From an uncultured Chlamydiae bacterium (GTDB taxonomy: Bacteria > Chlamydiota > Chlamydiia > Chlamydiales > JAJFMB01), in the NCBI GenBank assembly GCA_963696295.1, contig CAVOJR010000001.1, forward strand, positions 480,001 to 544,000: a stretch of 64,000 nt of DNA. Direction: 5' to 3'. A model generated the notes under the pieces. It had not been told where the DNA came from and made no database searches. It saw nothing but the letters and a program-made list of their open reading frames with translations. The stretch's first letter is position 1, and each line of letters opens with the position of its first letter. This document shows positions 8,196 to 17,677 of this stretch, piece after piece. The position numbers were made by a program, and so were the translations under genes.

Positions 8196-10724
8196 ATGGA
8201 CAACTCGCTGCTAGGCCCCTACAAATGGAAACAAAAGGGGTTCCCCCAGCTCGCCGCAACACTGGAATTATTTGATAATCAAGAATTTAAAGAAAATTCT
8301 CAGCAGATTCGCCTAAAAATTGTCAATCGGACGCTGCTCGACCTGATCCGAAAGGAGCCGCTCGAATCATTTCTCCTGCCGGCCGTATTGGAATACATAA
8401 GCGAAATCAACAAAAGAAATATTTTATCAGAAAAATTAAATTTATCCCTTTTTGAGTTTTGGCTCAACCATTTCTCCGGAATTACAGAAAAAGAAAACTA
8501 TTTAATTCGAGGGAAAATTAACGGCAAGTGGATTCCGCGCGAAGAGTATCAACAATTTTTTCCAATAGGCATGAACAAAACTTACGAAGGCACTCACTTT
8601 GTCGCCGCTCACCTATCGCCCGATCTCGACACCACCATCGCCTCCCTCTTCGGCTGGCTGGATGCTTTTTCGGCAAGGGTCGGCAACCGCCTGCATATCT
8701 GGGCGCTGCCGGGAGGCCCCCCCGACTCACCAACCACTCGTGTGGTTCAAGAAATATTCGGAGAGAACATTTTCGATGACTGCGCGCGCAAATCAATCTC
8801 TATCTCATTAACAGCCATTGATTTAGTCTCTCAGCACAACCTGGCTCAACTGGAAGGGGACGCCTCTACCAACGAAATCGACCACGGAACGGGAGAGAAG
8901 GCCGTGATGCTCGTCGATAAACAGGGGAATTATCAAGGTAATTGGCGCAGTTCCGATGTTGAAGTCGTCATGCAAGTGACCGTGTTGTACAAAGCCGCCC
9001 TTGATTTTTTCGGCCAAGCCTTTTCCCGCCGCCTGATTTCCCTGCTGGCCAAACCCTCCCTGACCCTCACCGAATGGCAAAAAGAGCTCAACACATTCTT
9101 TCGTTTGCGTTTTGAAGATTGCGGACCTTTCACGCATAAGCAAAAGAAACTTCTCGATCCGTTCCTAAAAAACGTCCTGAAGCTTCCCGGAGGAATTCAA
9201 TCGACCCTATCCGATCTGCCTCAAATCAAAGCAGTTGTAGATGAAATTCTCAACGGCTCAATCTTTGATAAAACGGGCGCATTACGGGAAGACCGCACCA
9301 TCCTTTTTCCTTGGCTGGAAAAAAACATGCAACATTTTGAGAAGGCAATGCATGATTTGCGCCTTGTTACTGAACGGCTGGACATTGCCATGAAGGTAAA
9401 ACGAGAGGTGCTGGGGCATCAGACCACTTTTGTCAACCTGCATAGCGATATAGATGATATCCGGTTAAAAATAAAACACTTCGATTATATTCCCGTGGTT
9501 TTTTCCGAATCCAACAAAAAGCTATTTCCCATCGGGGTAATTTGGGCCAGCCTACTGAACAAACCGATCCTGGGAACAGTGACTTTTCGCGATTTCTGCA
9601 ACCTGGATGAAATCAATATGTCCTCCTACCTATCCGTCATCAGCGTCATCGATCATCACAAAACAAACCTGCAAACGACCACAACTCCGCTGGCTATCGT
9701 GGGAGATGCCCAGTCCAGCAATGTGCTGATTGCGGAAAAATCCTTTTTGATAAACGACCGCTACAGTTCAGGAGGGCTGGAGAAAGAAGAAATTGAGCTT
9801 GGCATTAAAGAAGCCTACTCGTTAAACAAAACCCACGTCTTGCAAAGGCTGCTGCAAAGAAAGGAGGCGCAAGAGCGGCAGGAGGGCTACTTTGTCCATC
9901 CCGACAGGGAATATGCCGAATATCTCTGCTACCTGCATGCCATTTTGGACGATACCGACCTCTTAAGCAAAGTGACAAACCGCGATGTCGAATGCGTGGC
10001 TAATCTACTCAACCGACTGCAATCCTTAATTCAAGAGCGTGAAGTGGAATCGATCCGTTTAACCGATATCCCAAAAGATGAAAATTTTGCAACGGCGGCA
10101 GCTAAAAAAATCTTGAAAAATCCTGACATGTACGCCTTCTATGCCAAAACATATGAATATAAGGAAAGAGACGTCGAAAAGCAGATGGAAAGCGGCGATA
10201 TCTTTCAAGACACTAAAGAGCAAAACGGATGCTGCCGGATTGGTCAGACAAAACTTTTTTCCTCCAATTTTCCCCTCTTTTATGAAAAGAGGGACTCATT
10301 GCGGGAGCACTGGGTCAGGCAAGCCGTTGAGAAACACACGGCAAACACTTCCATAGATTTGCATATCCACATGATAAGCACGATCGCAAATGCCAGGGAA
10401 GTCTTTGAAGATCAAACTAAAGCATATAGACACCGGGATGAGATGTGGTTTTGGATTCCGCAAAACAGCCAGGCCTACGCCCATTTAGCCACATTTTTAA
10501 GCGCCTTTCAGTTTGCCAAGGAAGTAGCCCGCAATAAAATGTCTTTAGAGGTGCAGGGACCCTATTCATCAGAACTTCAGGAAATTTTTAGCCAAAATTT
10601 GAAACTGGTTTCTTCTGAAGCAAAAGAGGGGCAAAAAGCCATTGCGATTTTATACTTTGATGCGGGTACGATCAACTCTAGAAAATCAATGGTAACCCCC
10701 TATCTGCCAAGATTGGTGGGCTAA
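8196..10724 (+). CDS. Large DHH-family protein resembling family II (PpaC-like) inorganic pyrophosphatase
   Basis: HLSPDLDTTIAS, VIDHH, AILDDTDLL, DTKE motifs in PpaC order; ATG 8196 preceded by GAGGAG. Confidence 0.65.
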   Translation: MDNSLLGPYKWKQKGFPQLAATLELFDNQEFKENSQQIRLKIVNRTLLDLIRKEPLESFLLPAVLEYISEINKRNILSEKLNLSLFEFWLNHFSGITEKENYLIRGKINGKWIPREEYQQFFPIGMNKTYEGTHFVAAHLSPDLDTTIASLFGWLDAFSARVGNRLHIWALPGGPPDSPTTRVVQEIFGENIFDDCARKSISISLTAIDLVSQHNLAQLEGDASTNEIDHGTGEKAVMLVDKQGNYQGNWRSSDVEVVMQVTVLYKAALDFFGQAFSRRLISLLAKPSLTLTEWQKELNTFFRLRFEDCGPFTHKQKKLLDPFLKNVLKLPGGIQSTLSDLPQIKAVVDEILNGSIFDKTGALREDRTILFPWLEKNMQHFEKAMHDLRLVTERLDIAMKVKREVLGHQTTFVNLHSDIDDIRLKIKHFDYIPVVFSESNKKLFPIGVIWASLLNKPILGTVTFRDFCNLDEINMSSYLSVISVIDHHKTNLQTTTTPLAIVGDAQSSNVLIAEKSFLINDRYSSGGLEKEEIELGIKEAYSLNKTHVLQRLLQRKEAQERQEGYFVHPDREYAEYLCYLHAILDDTDLLSKVTNRDVECVANLLNRLQSLIQEREVESIRLTDIPKDENFATAAAKKILKNPDMYAFYAKTYEYKERDVEKQMESGDIFQDTKEQNGCCRIGQTKLFSSNFPLFYEKRDSLREHWVRQAVEKHTANTSIDLHIHMISTIANAREVFEDQTKAYRHRDEMWFWIPQNSQAYAHLATFLSAFQFAKEVARNKMSLEVQGPYSSELQEIFSQNLKLVSSEAKEGQKAIAILYFDAGTINSRKSMVTPYLPRLVG

Positions 10725-11096
10725 AAAAAACATAAAAGTCAGAACTTCAGGCAGTCAAAATTTAAAACAGAAAGGCAATAAGCCATTGCGATCAACTCTA
10801 GAAAATCAATGGTAACCCCCTATCTGCCAAGATTGGTGGGCTAAAAAAAACATAAAAGTCAGAACTTCAGATAGCCAAAATTTGAAACAGAGAGGCAATA
10901 AGCCATTGCGGTCAACTCTAGAAAATCAATGGTAACCCCCTATCTGCCAATATTGGTGGGCTAAAAAAAACATAAAAGTCAGAACTTCAGGCAGTCAAAA
11001 TTTGAAACAGAAAGGCAATAAGCCATTGCGATTTTATACTTTGATGCGGGTACGATCAACTCTAGAAAATCAATGGTATTGACGGGCTAAAAAAAC
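10671..11096. repeat. 120-bp tandem repeat (3 units plus a partial) derived from the 3' end of the upstream gene
   Basis: Units at 10671, 10791, 10911 with a few substitutions; partial copy 11031-11096. Confidence 0.95.
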
Positions 11097-11156
11097 ACAA
11101 AGATACCACCAACTGGTACCTTGTGTCGATCACTGTAGCAGGGGGAAGAGGATTAT

Positions 11157-11411
11157 TTACTCTTCGACCTTGCCGCCGCCTTCTTCTAAAATCTCCAGAT
11201 TCACGCGAATTCCATTGCGACTGGCAACAGACATCAAAAGTGTACGGATCGCGTTGATGGTCTTACCTTTTTTCCCTATGATCTTTCCAATGTCGGACTT
11301 TTCTACTGACAATTCAATAATCAGTGTTTGAGTACCGCCGATTTCGTTGATCTTTACTTTATCAGGGTGGTCAACCAAATTTTTTACAATATATGCTACG
11401 AATTCCTTCAT
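11157..11411 (-). CDS. khpA: KH-domain RNA-binding protein
   Basis: MKEFVAYIVKNLVDHPD...DIGKIIGKKGKTINAIR. Confidence 0.93.
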   Translation of the reverse strand: MKEFVAYIVKNLVDHPDKVKINEIGGTQTLIIELSVEKSDIGKIIGKKGKTINAIRTLLMSVASRNGIRVNLEILEEGGGKVEE

Positions 11412-11536
11412 AACTCGGCCCTCTTGAGATATCAAAATCTATTTATTTATTTCGTCGGGTATACGCAATACTTCGGCATTGCTTCTTAAGACGGAATATA
11501 GAGGATCATTGCTATATTAATCTACAAAAATGTGCT

Positions 11537-11998
11537 TCATGGGTTCCGATCCTCATTTTTTTCGAGAATTAGTGTGACTGGACCGTCATTTATTAACGAA
11601 ATGCTCATGTGCGCGGCAAACTGCCCCGTTTGAACCCGGCTCATAGAGAGCCCCTCCTTCACTTCGAGGACAAATTTATTATAAATTTTCTCAGCCACAT
11701 CACCGCCGGCCGATTCGAAAAAGTCAGGCCGCCTGCCATTCGCGCAATTTCCGTAGAGAGTAAATTGGCTCACCAGCAACACCTCCCCCTCTATCTCTTT
11801 TACGCTTAAGTTCATTTTACCGGCAGAATCGGAAAATATCCGCAAATTGAGGAGTTTATTGACAAGCCAGCTGGTGGTGCCCTCTTTATCGTCTTTATGA
11901 ATTCCCACAAAAACGAGCAAGCCTTTGCCGATCTCTCCTATGAGAGCCCCATCGACAGTGACACTAGCCTTTTCTACACGTTGCACGACAATTCGCAT
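11537..11998 (-). CDS. dtd: D-aminoacyl-tRNA deacylase
   Basis: MRIVVQRV, SQFTL, NDGPVT. Confidence 0.97.
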   Translation of the reverse strand: MRIVVQRVEKASVTVDGALIGEIGKGLLVFVGIHKDDKEGTTSWLVNKLLNLRIFSDSAGKMNLSVKEIEGEVLLVSQFTLYGNCANGRRPDFFESAGGDVAEKIYNKFVLEVKEGLSMSRVQTGQFAAHMSISLINDGPVTLILEKNEDRNP

Positions 11999-12007
11999 GA
12001 GAAAAGT

Positions 12008-12931
12008 TTATCTTTTTTTGGAAATTTTATCCACAATTTGAAGCATATCATCCGGCAAAGAGGCGCTGAATTCCATCAGTTGACCCGTAATCGGGTGGCT
12101 AAAACGCAAAACCTTGGCATGCAAAAGCTGGCGTTCAATGCCAAGCTTTTTGTTCACAGCCTCTTTTCCATAAACAGAATCCCCCAGAATTGGAGTGCCT
12201 AAATGCTTCAAATGCACCCGGATCTGGTGGGTTCGCCCCGTTTCCAGCAAGAGACTGGCTACGCCGCACTGGCCATCAAAGGCCAAGGTGGTGCAGTGGG
12301 TGACGGAAGGCCGGCCCCCTTCTTTGAGGACCGCCATTTCCTTTCGCTTTACAGGATGGCGCCCAATAGGCAGATTGATGGTTTTAGAGCCCGGATTGCC
12401 AAGGCAAACAGCCAAATATTCTTTATGGACTTCTCTTTGGGAAAACATCTCTATGAGGCGGGTTTGCGCTTTGGCTTGTTTGGCCGCCACCATAACACCG
12501 GAGGTGTCTTTATCTAACCGGTGCACTATACCCGGCCGGGGAAAGGCCGTAGAGGGCGCCTCGATATTTTGGCAATGGTACAGGAGGGCGTTGACAAAGG
12601 TGCCGCTCCAATTTCCCAAAGCGGGATGAACCACCATTCCAGCGGGCTTATCGACTACCAGAATCGCGTCATCTTCATAAAGAATGTTTAAAGGAATGGC
12701 CTCGGGGACAATATTGATTTCTTGCGTAAAGATAAAATGAATTTCAATCTCATCGCCGGCTGAGGGTTTAATTCTTTTTTTTACAGGCTCCCCATTGAGA
12801 AACACCCTATCGTTTTCAATCAAATTTTGAAAATAGGTGCGTGATTGGATAGAGCGGAACCGATTAGCCAGGATGCGGTCGAGCCGCTCTCCCTCTTCTT
12901 CTTCCGTGATTAAAATCGTATCAATTTCCAT
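12008..12931 (-). CDS. rluD: RluA/RluD family 23S rRNA pseudouridine synthase
   Basis: S4-like N-terminus, KPAGMVVHP, HRLDKDTSG, GRTHQIRVH. Confidence 0.92.
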   Translation of the reverse strand: MEIDTILITEEEEGERLDRILANRFRSIQSRTYFQNLIENDRVFLNGEPVKKRIKPSAGDEIEIHFIFTQEINIVPEAIPLNILYEDDAILVVDKPAGMVVHPALGNWSGTFVNALLYHCQNIEAPSTAFPRPGIVHRLDKDTSGVMVAAKQAKAQTRLIEMFSQREVHKEYLAVCLGNPGSKTINLPIGRHPVKRKEMAVLKEGGRPSVTHCTTLAFDGQCGVASLLLETGRTHQIRVHLKHLGTPILGDSVYGKEAVNKKLGIERQLLHAKVLRFSHPITGQLMEFSASLPDDMLQIVDKISKKR

Positions 12932-13203
12932 TAACTGCCGTCGTCTTGCCTTGCTTCTTCCTCAATTTTTTTCAACCGCTCATTCGCTGCCTGCATCTGG
13001 TTGATCATCTCAATGGCGATACCTTCCAGCATGGCCCTGTACACTTGAGGAGCTTTTTGCTGCAAGTCAGCCATCGATGTCACGGTAGTCGCGGTGGTGT
13101 ACCCGGGGGAACTTGACGACCCGCCGGCAGAAGGGGTTGTTTGAACTGGTGCTTGGGTCGTATTTTGCTGCTCTACGACGACAGGTTCTGTAGGTTGTGA
13201 CAT
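12931..13203 (-). CDS. Small hypothetical protein with Ser/Thr/Pro-rich N-terminus and helical C-terminus
   Basis: 90-aa ORF with AGAGGTG RBS; stop overlaps the rluD start. Confidence 0.8.
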   Translation of the reverse strand: MSQPTEPVVVEQQNTTQAPVQTTPSAGGSSSSPGYTTATTVTSMADLQQKAPQVYRAMLEGIAIEMINQMQAANERLKKIEEEARQDDGS

Positions 13204-13258
13204 AGAACACCTCTTTTCTTTAATTTAATTATAACATAATTAAGGATATAGGGCAAAC

Positions 13259-13855
13259 TTACCCTAAGACTTGCTCTATTATCTCGAAGGAAAACCCTTT
13301 GCGGGCTAAAGCCGCCGCTACCTTCTGTTTCTCGACCGGGCTGGTCAGATCTCTCGAGCGGTAGCGCGTTTCAAGTAATTTCTTTATTTGATTGATCTGC
13401 TCCTCTACCGGATAAGTATCCTCGACTTTCTTCTCAATTTGATCATCTTCTATCCCTTTGCGCCGGATTTTCCACAAAATTTTGCGGGGACCGTCGCGCC
13501 TGGATTTATTCCGCTGCACCACTCTTTTGATCAAATCTTCATCATCGAGGTACCCCATTTGGCGGCACTCAAGGATGACCTCGTCAATAATCGCTTCATT
13601 GACTAAGCTCTCCTCTAGCAGGCGCTTCAATTCCTGGCTGTGGTAACTTTTTTTCGCCAAAGACTTGAGGGCAAAATTTCTAGCCAGGGTCCATTCCTTT
13701 TCGACAAACTCTTCGCAAAGTTCGGGGAGATTTTTAGCGGAAAAATTTGGCTTTTTGCCAAAAATTCGCTTATGAAACTGAGCCCAAGGCTCCTCTTCTA
13801 CGAAAATTGTAAAAATGTCTTTTTTATTCTCGTCCGCTTCAATCCTGATATTCAC
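13259..13855 (-). CDS. recX: RecX regulatory protein
   Basis: ALKSLAKKSYHSQEL, GYLDD, GPRKI, LARKGFS. Confidence 0.85.
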   Translation of the reverse strand: MNIRIEADENKKDIFTIFVEEEPWAQFHKRIFGKKPNFSAKNLPELCEEFVEKEWTLARNFALKSLAKKSYHSQELKRLLEESLVNEAIIDEVILECRQMGYLDDEDLIKRVVQRNKSRRDGPRKILWKIRRKGIEDDQIEKKVEDTYPVEEQINQIKKLLETRYRSRDLTSPVEKQKVAAALARKGFSFEIIEQVLG

Positions 13856-15759
13856 TATGCCACTTCTGTTATCTTTTTCACTTGTGATTGGCTCATGCGC
13901 ACCCCTCTTGCCGTCACCCCTTTAACTAAAATATCGTCCAAGGCAAACTCCACTTTCTTCACCTTTTGTTTCACTTTAGGGACAAAATGCAGCACCAGCT
14001 TCACATTCGGGGCGCTTGAGAAAAACTCCAATTTCATTCCATCCTCAAAATACCGGTATTTTTTATCCAGAATAAATTTCGAAATAATAAAGCGCTTCCC
14101 GTAGCAAAGATTGGTTTTGGGGTCTTTGTAAACGACATTAAGCACCGAAGATTTATCTGCCGCCGCGGCAAAAATAACCTTATTGTCATCGCGGTGCACA
14201 TACTTTTTCTCCGGAATGTTCGTCACTACATAACTACCGTCCTGATACATGAGCAGCATTTTATCGTAATTTGTGCACTCAAAACTATTTGCAGAAGCGA
14301 CTTTCGTTCCCACAAATCCCGATGCCTGATCAAAACCTACCTTAAGCGTTCGCGTTTCAATGGCCCTTCTATCGATCTGCTCAATATTTTGAATTTTCGT
14401 TTTCCGCTCTAAACCCGCGCCATATTTCTTCAGCAACCCATTCAGATAGTTGATGGAGAATTTTTTGATGTTCTTCAAATCCTTTAAGACCTGTTCCAGG
14501 CGGGAATTTAACGCCTTGATGTCGTCTAAATTTTTATTCAAGTCGAATAAAGTGATGCGCCGGATCGGAATATTCAAAAGCCTCTCCCGGTCGTCATACT
14601 CGGGAAGCCGGCTCAGCTGCTCGTGAAAGGGCTTTAAGCTCTTTTCGATAGTCGCATGGATCTCATTATAAGTTTTGAGCTCCTCAATTTTCTTATACAA
14701 CCGGTTTTCAATAAATATTCTCTCTAAGGTCTTTTCAAAAATCTTACCCAGAAGAGTGTCCCGCTCAATTTCAAGCTCCCGCTTCAAATACTCTTTCAAC
14801 TTTTGCACATGCAACAGCAAAATCTCATTGATGTCCGTTTCCCAAGGGAGATTGTCTTTGATCGTGACTATTTGCGAATGGAGAGTCACTTCGCATTCCG
14901 TATAGGCGTAGAGAGCATCGATCAGATCTTCGGCATACTGCCCCCGCGGCAGTTTGATCTCGATCTCCACCTTTTCGGCGGTATAATCATTGATGCTGTC
15001 AATCTTAATTTTCCCTCTTTTCGCCGCTTCGTCAATCGAGCGGATAAGAGACTCTGTCGTCGTTCCGTGGCAAATTTCGGTAATCTTAATAGTTTTAGGA
15101 TCAGGAACTTCGAGCTTGACGCGCAATTTGACCCGCCCTTTCCCTTTATCATATTCGGAAGCATCCATAATGCCGCCGGTCAGAAAATCGGGGTACAAAA
15201 TGAAGTCCCTCTCTTCCAAGACCGCAATTTCCGCTTCCAAAAGCTCAATAAAATTGTGGGGCAAAATTTTTGTGGCCATGCCTACCGCAATACCCTCTGC
15301 GCCCTGCATCAGCAGCAGCGGCACTTTAGCGGGCAGGCAGATCGGCTCCAAATGTCTGGCGTCGTAAGAGGGGAGCATCTCGGTCAAATCGGGGTTGAAC
15401 ATCGTTTCAATGGCCAAAGCCGAAAGCCTGGTTTCAATATACCGCGCAGCCGCAGCCGAATCCCCGGTGTAGATGTTGCCGAAATTTCCCTGCTGGTCGA
15501 GAAGGAATCCCTTGTTGGAGAGATTCACGATAGCATCGACAATAGGCGCGTCGCCATGCGGGTGAAAGGCCATCGTCTGGCCCGCCACGTTGGCCACCTT
15601 GTGCAGTTTGCCGTCATTCATCATCCAAAGAGTGTGCAATATGCGCCGCTGTACCGGCTTCAACCCGTCAATGACATTGGGAATGGCCCGGTCGAGCACC
15701 ACTTTGGAGGCGTAAATCAAAAAGTGATTCTTCATCAGCTGCTTAAGATCATCCATCAC
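13855..15759 (-). CDS. parC: DNA topoisomerase IV subunit A
   Basis: DGLKPVQRR, FHPHGD, AAARYIE; short C-terminal domain. Confidence 0.92.
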   Translation of the reverse strand: MMDDLKQLMKNHFLIYASKVVLDRAIPNVIDGLKPVQRRILHTLWMMNDGKLHKVANVAGQTMAFHPHGDAPIVDAIVNLSNKGFLLDQQGNFGNIYTGDSAAAARYIETRLSALAIETMFNPDLTEMLPSYDARHLEPICLPAKVPLLLMQGAEGIAVGMATKILPHNFIELLEAEIAVLEERDFILYPDFLTGGIMDASEYDKGKGRVKLRVKLEVPDPKTIKITEICHGTTTESLIRSIDEAAKRGKIKIDSINDYTAEKVEIEIKLPRGQYAEDLIDALYAYTECEVTLHSQIVTIKDNLPWETDINEILLLHVQKLKEYLKRELEIERDTLLGKIFEKTLERIFIENRLYKKIEELKTYNEIHATIEKSLKPFHEQLSRLPEYDDRERLLNIPIRRITLFDLNKNLDDIKALNSRLEQVLKDLKNIKKFSINYLNGLLKKYGAGLERKTKIQNIEQIDRRAIETRTLKVGFDQASGFVGTKVASANSFECTNYDKMLLMYQDGSYVVTNIPEKKYVHRDDNKVIFAAAADKSSVLNVVYKDPKTNLCYGKRFIISKFILDKKYRYFEDGMKLEFFSSAPNVKLVLHFVPKVKQKVKKVEFALDDILVKGVTARGVRMSQSQVKKITEVA

Positions 15760-17630
15760 TTACCTTTCACTTTTTCGGGCAGAATTTCGGCCGAGGTAGA
15801 TAGCGCCGCAATTTCTTTTGAGGCTGCTTCATCTTCATTGATCAGGTTTTGCATGACAAACTCTTTTCGCTTAGGCGTGTTTTTGCCCATGTAAAACTCA
15901 AGCGTGTGCTTCACATCCGAAATGGTGTCTATCGTAACAGGAATCAAACGGATGTCTTTGCCGATAAACTGTTTGAACTCATGCGCCGAGATCTCGCCGA
16001 GCCCCTTGAAACGGGTCACTTCCACCCCTTTGCTTAAGAGTTTGATCGCCTTATCGCGCTCCTCGATGGAATAGCAATAAAGGGTCTTTTGTTTATTTCT
16101 CACCTTGAAAAGAGGGGTCTCTAAAATAAAGAGGTGCCCGTTCAAAACCAGCCCTTCAAAATAAGTGAGAAAAAAGGTGATGAGCAAATTGCGGATATGC
16201 ATTCCATCTTCATCGGCATCAGTGGCGAGGACAACTTTGTGGTAGCGCAAATTTTCAATATCGTCTTCGATATTGAGCGCGCTCATCGCGTTGAACATCT
16301 CCTCGTTTTTATACAGCTGATCCAGCTTCATCCCATGGACGTTGAGGGGTTTGCCGCGCAAAGAAAATACCGCCTGATTCAAGGGATTGCGTGAGGCGAC
16401 GATAGAGGCGCTCGCAGAATCGCCCTCAGTTAAAAAAATCATCGTTTCCTCATCATGCCCGTCCTGGACATGAAATTTGCAGTCCCGAAGCTTCGGAATT
16501 TTGAATGAGATTTTTTTCTGCTTCTCCTTGGCTTCCTTCTTTACCGCAGCGAGCTCAGAGCGCAGCTTTTCGTTGAAGGCGATCCGTTCGATCAGCTTCT
16601 TTGCCGTATCAGGATTTTTATAAAGCAGATCTGTGACGGCATCTTTGACCTCCTGGACGACGGGAGCGCGCAGCTCCGTGTTGCCGAGTTTGTTTTTCGT
16701 CTGCGATTCAAAGATGGGGTCTTTCACTTTGACCAGGATCGTCCCGACAATGCCTTCCCGTACATCCACCCCCTGGAAGTTTTTCTTCGCAAATTCGTTG
16801 ACCCCTTTCAGTATCCCCTCCCGGTAAGCGGATAAATGGGTGCCGCCGTCGGAAGTGTATTGTCCGTTGACAAAGGAAAAATAACTCTCGCCATAATTTT
16901 GCGTGTGAAGAAAAGCAAACTCGACCGATTTTCCCCGGTAATGGAGAGGTTCGTAAAGGCGGTCTTCCACCTCGACTTCCCTGTTCAACAGATCCAAAAG
17001 GCCGTTTTTTGAGCGGATGGTCTGGCTATTGTATTCGATCGTCAAACCCGTATTGAGATAAGCGTAATTCCAAAGGCGCTTCAAAACATATTCGTGATCG
17101 TATTTGTATTTCTTAAACACCTCAGTATCTGGAACAAACTCAACATAAGTGCCGTTCTGCTCTTTGGTTTTGCCCTTTTTCTTATTGAGAATCTCCCCTT
17201 TGGAAAATTGAGCCTCCATAAATTCCCCGTCCCGGTGGCTGCGGACGAGAAAATGGCTCGACAGGGCGTTCACCGCCTTAGTGCCTACCCCGTTCAGCCC
17301 CACGGAAAACTGAAAGACATCATCATTATATTTGGCGCCGGTATTAATCTGGCTGACGCATTCGATCACTTTGCCAAGCGGGATGCCGCGGCCAAAATCG
17401 CGGACATTGACCTGGCCGGTCTTCTCATCCAATTTGATGATAACCCGGTTTCCCTGCTCCATAATAAATTCGTCGACGCTGTTATCAATGATTTCTTTGA
17501 GAAGGATGTAAATGCCGTCATCGGGGTTGGTGCCATCTCCCAAACGTCCGATATACATCCCCGTACGCAAACGGATATGGGCGAGAGCGTCTAGAGTTTG
17601 AACCGTGCTTTCATCGTATTGTTTTGCCAT
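15756..17630 (-). CDS. parE: DNA topoisomerase IV subunit B
   Basis: EIIDNSVDE, DFGRGIP, EGDSA, LRGK, DADEDG, RFKGLGE. Confidence 0.92.
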   Translation of the reverse strand: MAKQYDESTVQTLDALAHIRLRTGMYIGRLGDGTNPDDGIYILLKEIIDNSVDEFIMEQGNRVIIKLDEKTGQVNVRDFGRGIPLGKVIECVSQINTGAKYNDDVFQFSVGLNGVGTKAVNALSSHFLVRSHRDGEFMEAQFSKGEILNKKKGKTKEQNGTYVEFVPDTEVFKKYKYDHEYVLKRLWNYAYLNTGLTIEYNSQTIRSKNGLLDLLNREVEVEDRLYEPLHYRGKSVEFAFLHTQNYGESYFSFVNGQYTSDGGTHLSAYREGILKGVNEFAKKNFQGVDVREGIVGTILVKVKDPIFESQTKNKLGNTELRAPVVQEVKDAVTDLLYKNPDTAKKLIERIAFNEKLRSELAAVKKEAKEKQKKISFKIPKLRDCKFHVQDGHDEETMIFLTEGDSASASIVASRNPLNQAVFSLRGKPLNVHGMKLDQLYKNEEMFNAMSALNIEDDIENLRYHKVVLATDADEDGMHIRNLLITFFLTYFEGLVLNGHLFILETPLFKVRNKQKTLYCYSIEERDKAIKLLSKGVEVTRFKGLGEISAHEFKQFIGKDIRLIPVTIDTISDVKHTLEFYMGKNTPKRKEFVMQNLINEDEAASKEIAALSTSAEILPEKVKGK

Positions 17631-17677
17631 AAAAACCTAAAAAACATCATAATCGGGTATATATAAAATAAAGATAA

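Noticed and set aside
10671..11096. Possible CRISPR array
   Set aside because: The whole 120-bp unit repeats with no unique spacers, it derives from the adjacent gene, and there are no cas genes in the window
10569..11096. DGR template/variable repeat pair
   Set aside because: Differences are deletions and mixed substitutions, not adenine-specific, and no reverse transcriptase is in the window
14803..15894. 363-aa plus-strand ORF
   Set aside because: Antisense shadow of parC/parE
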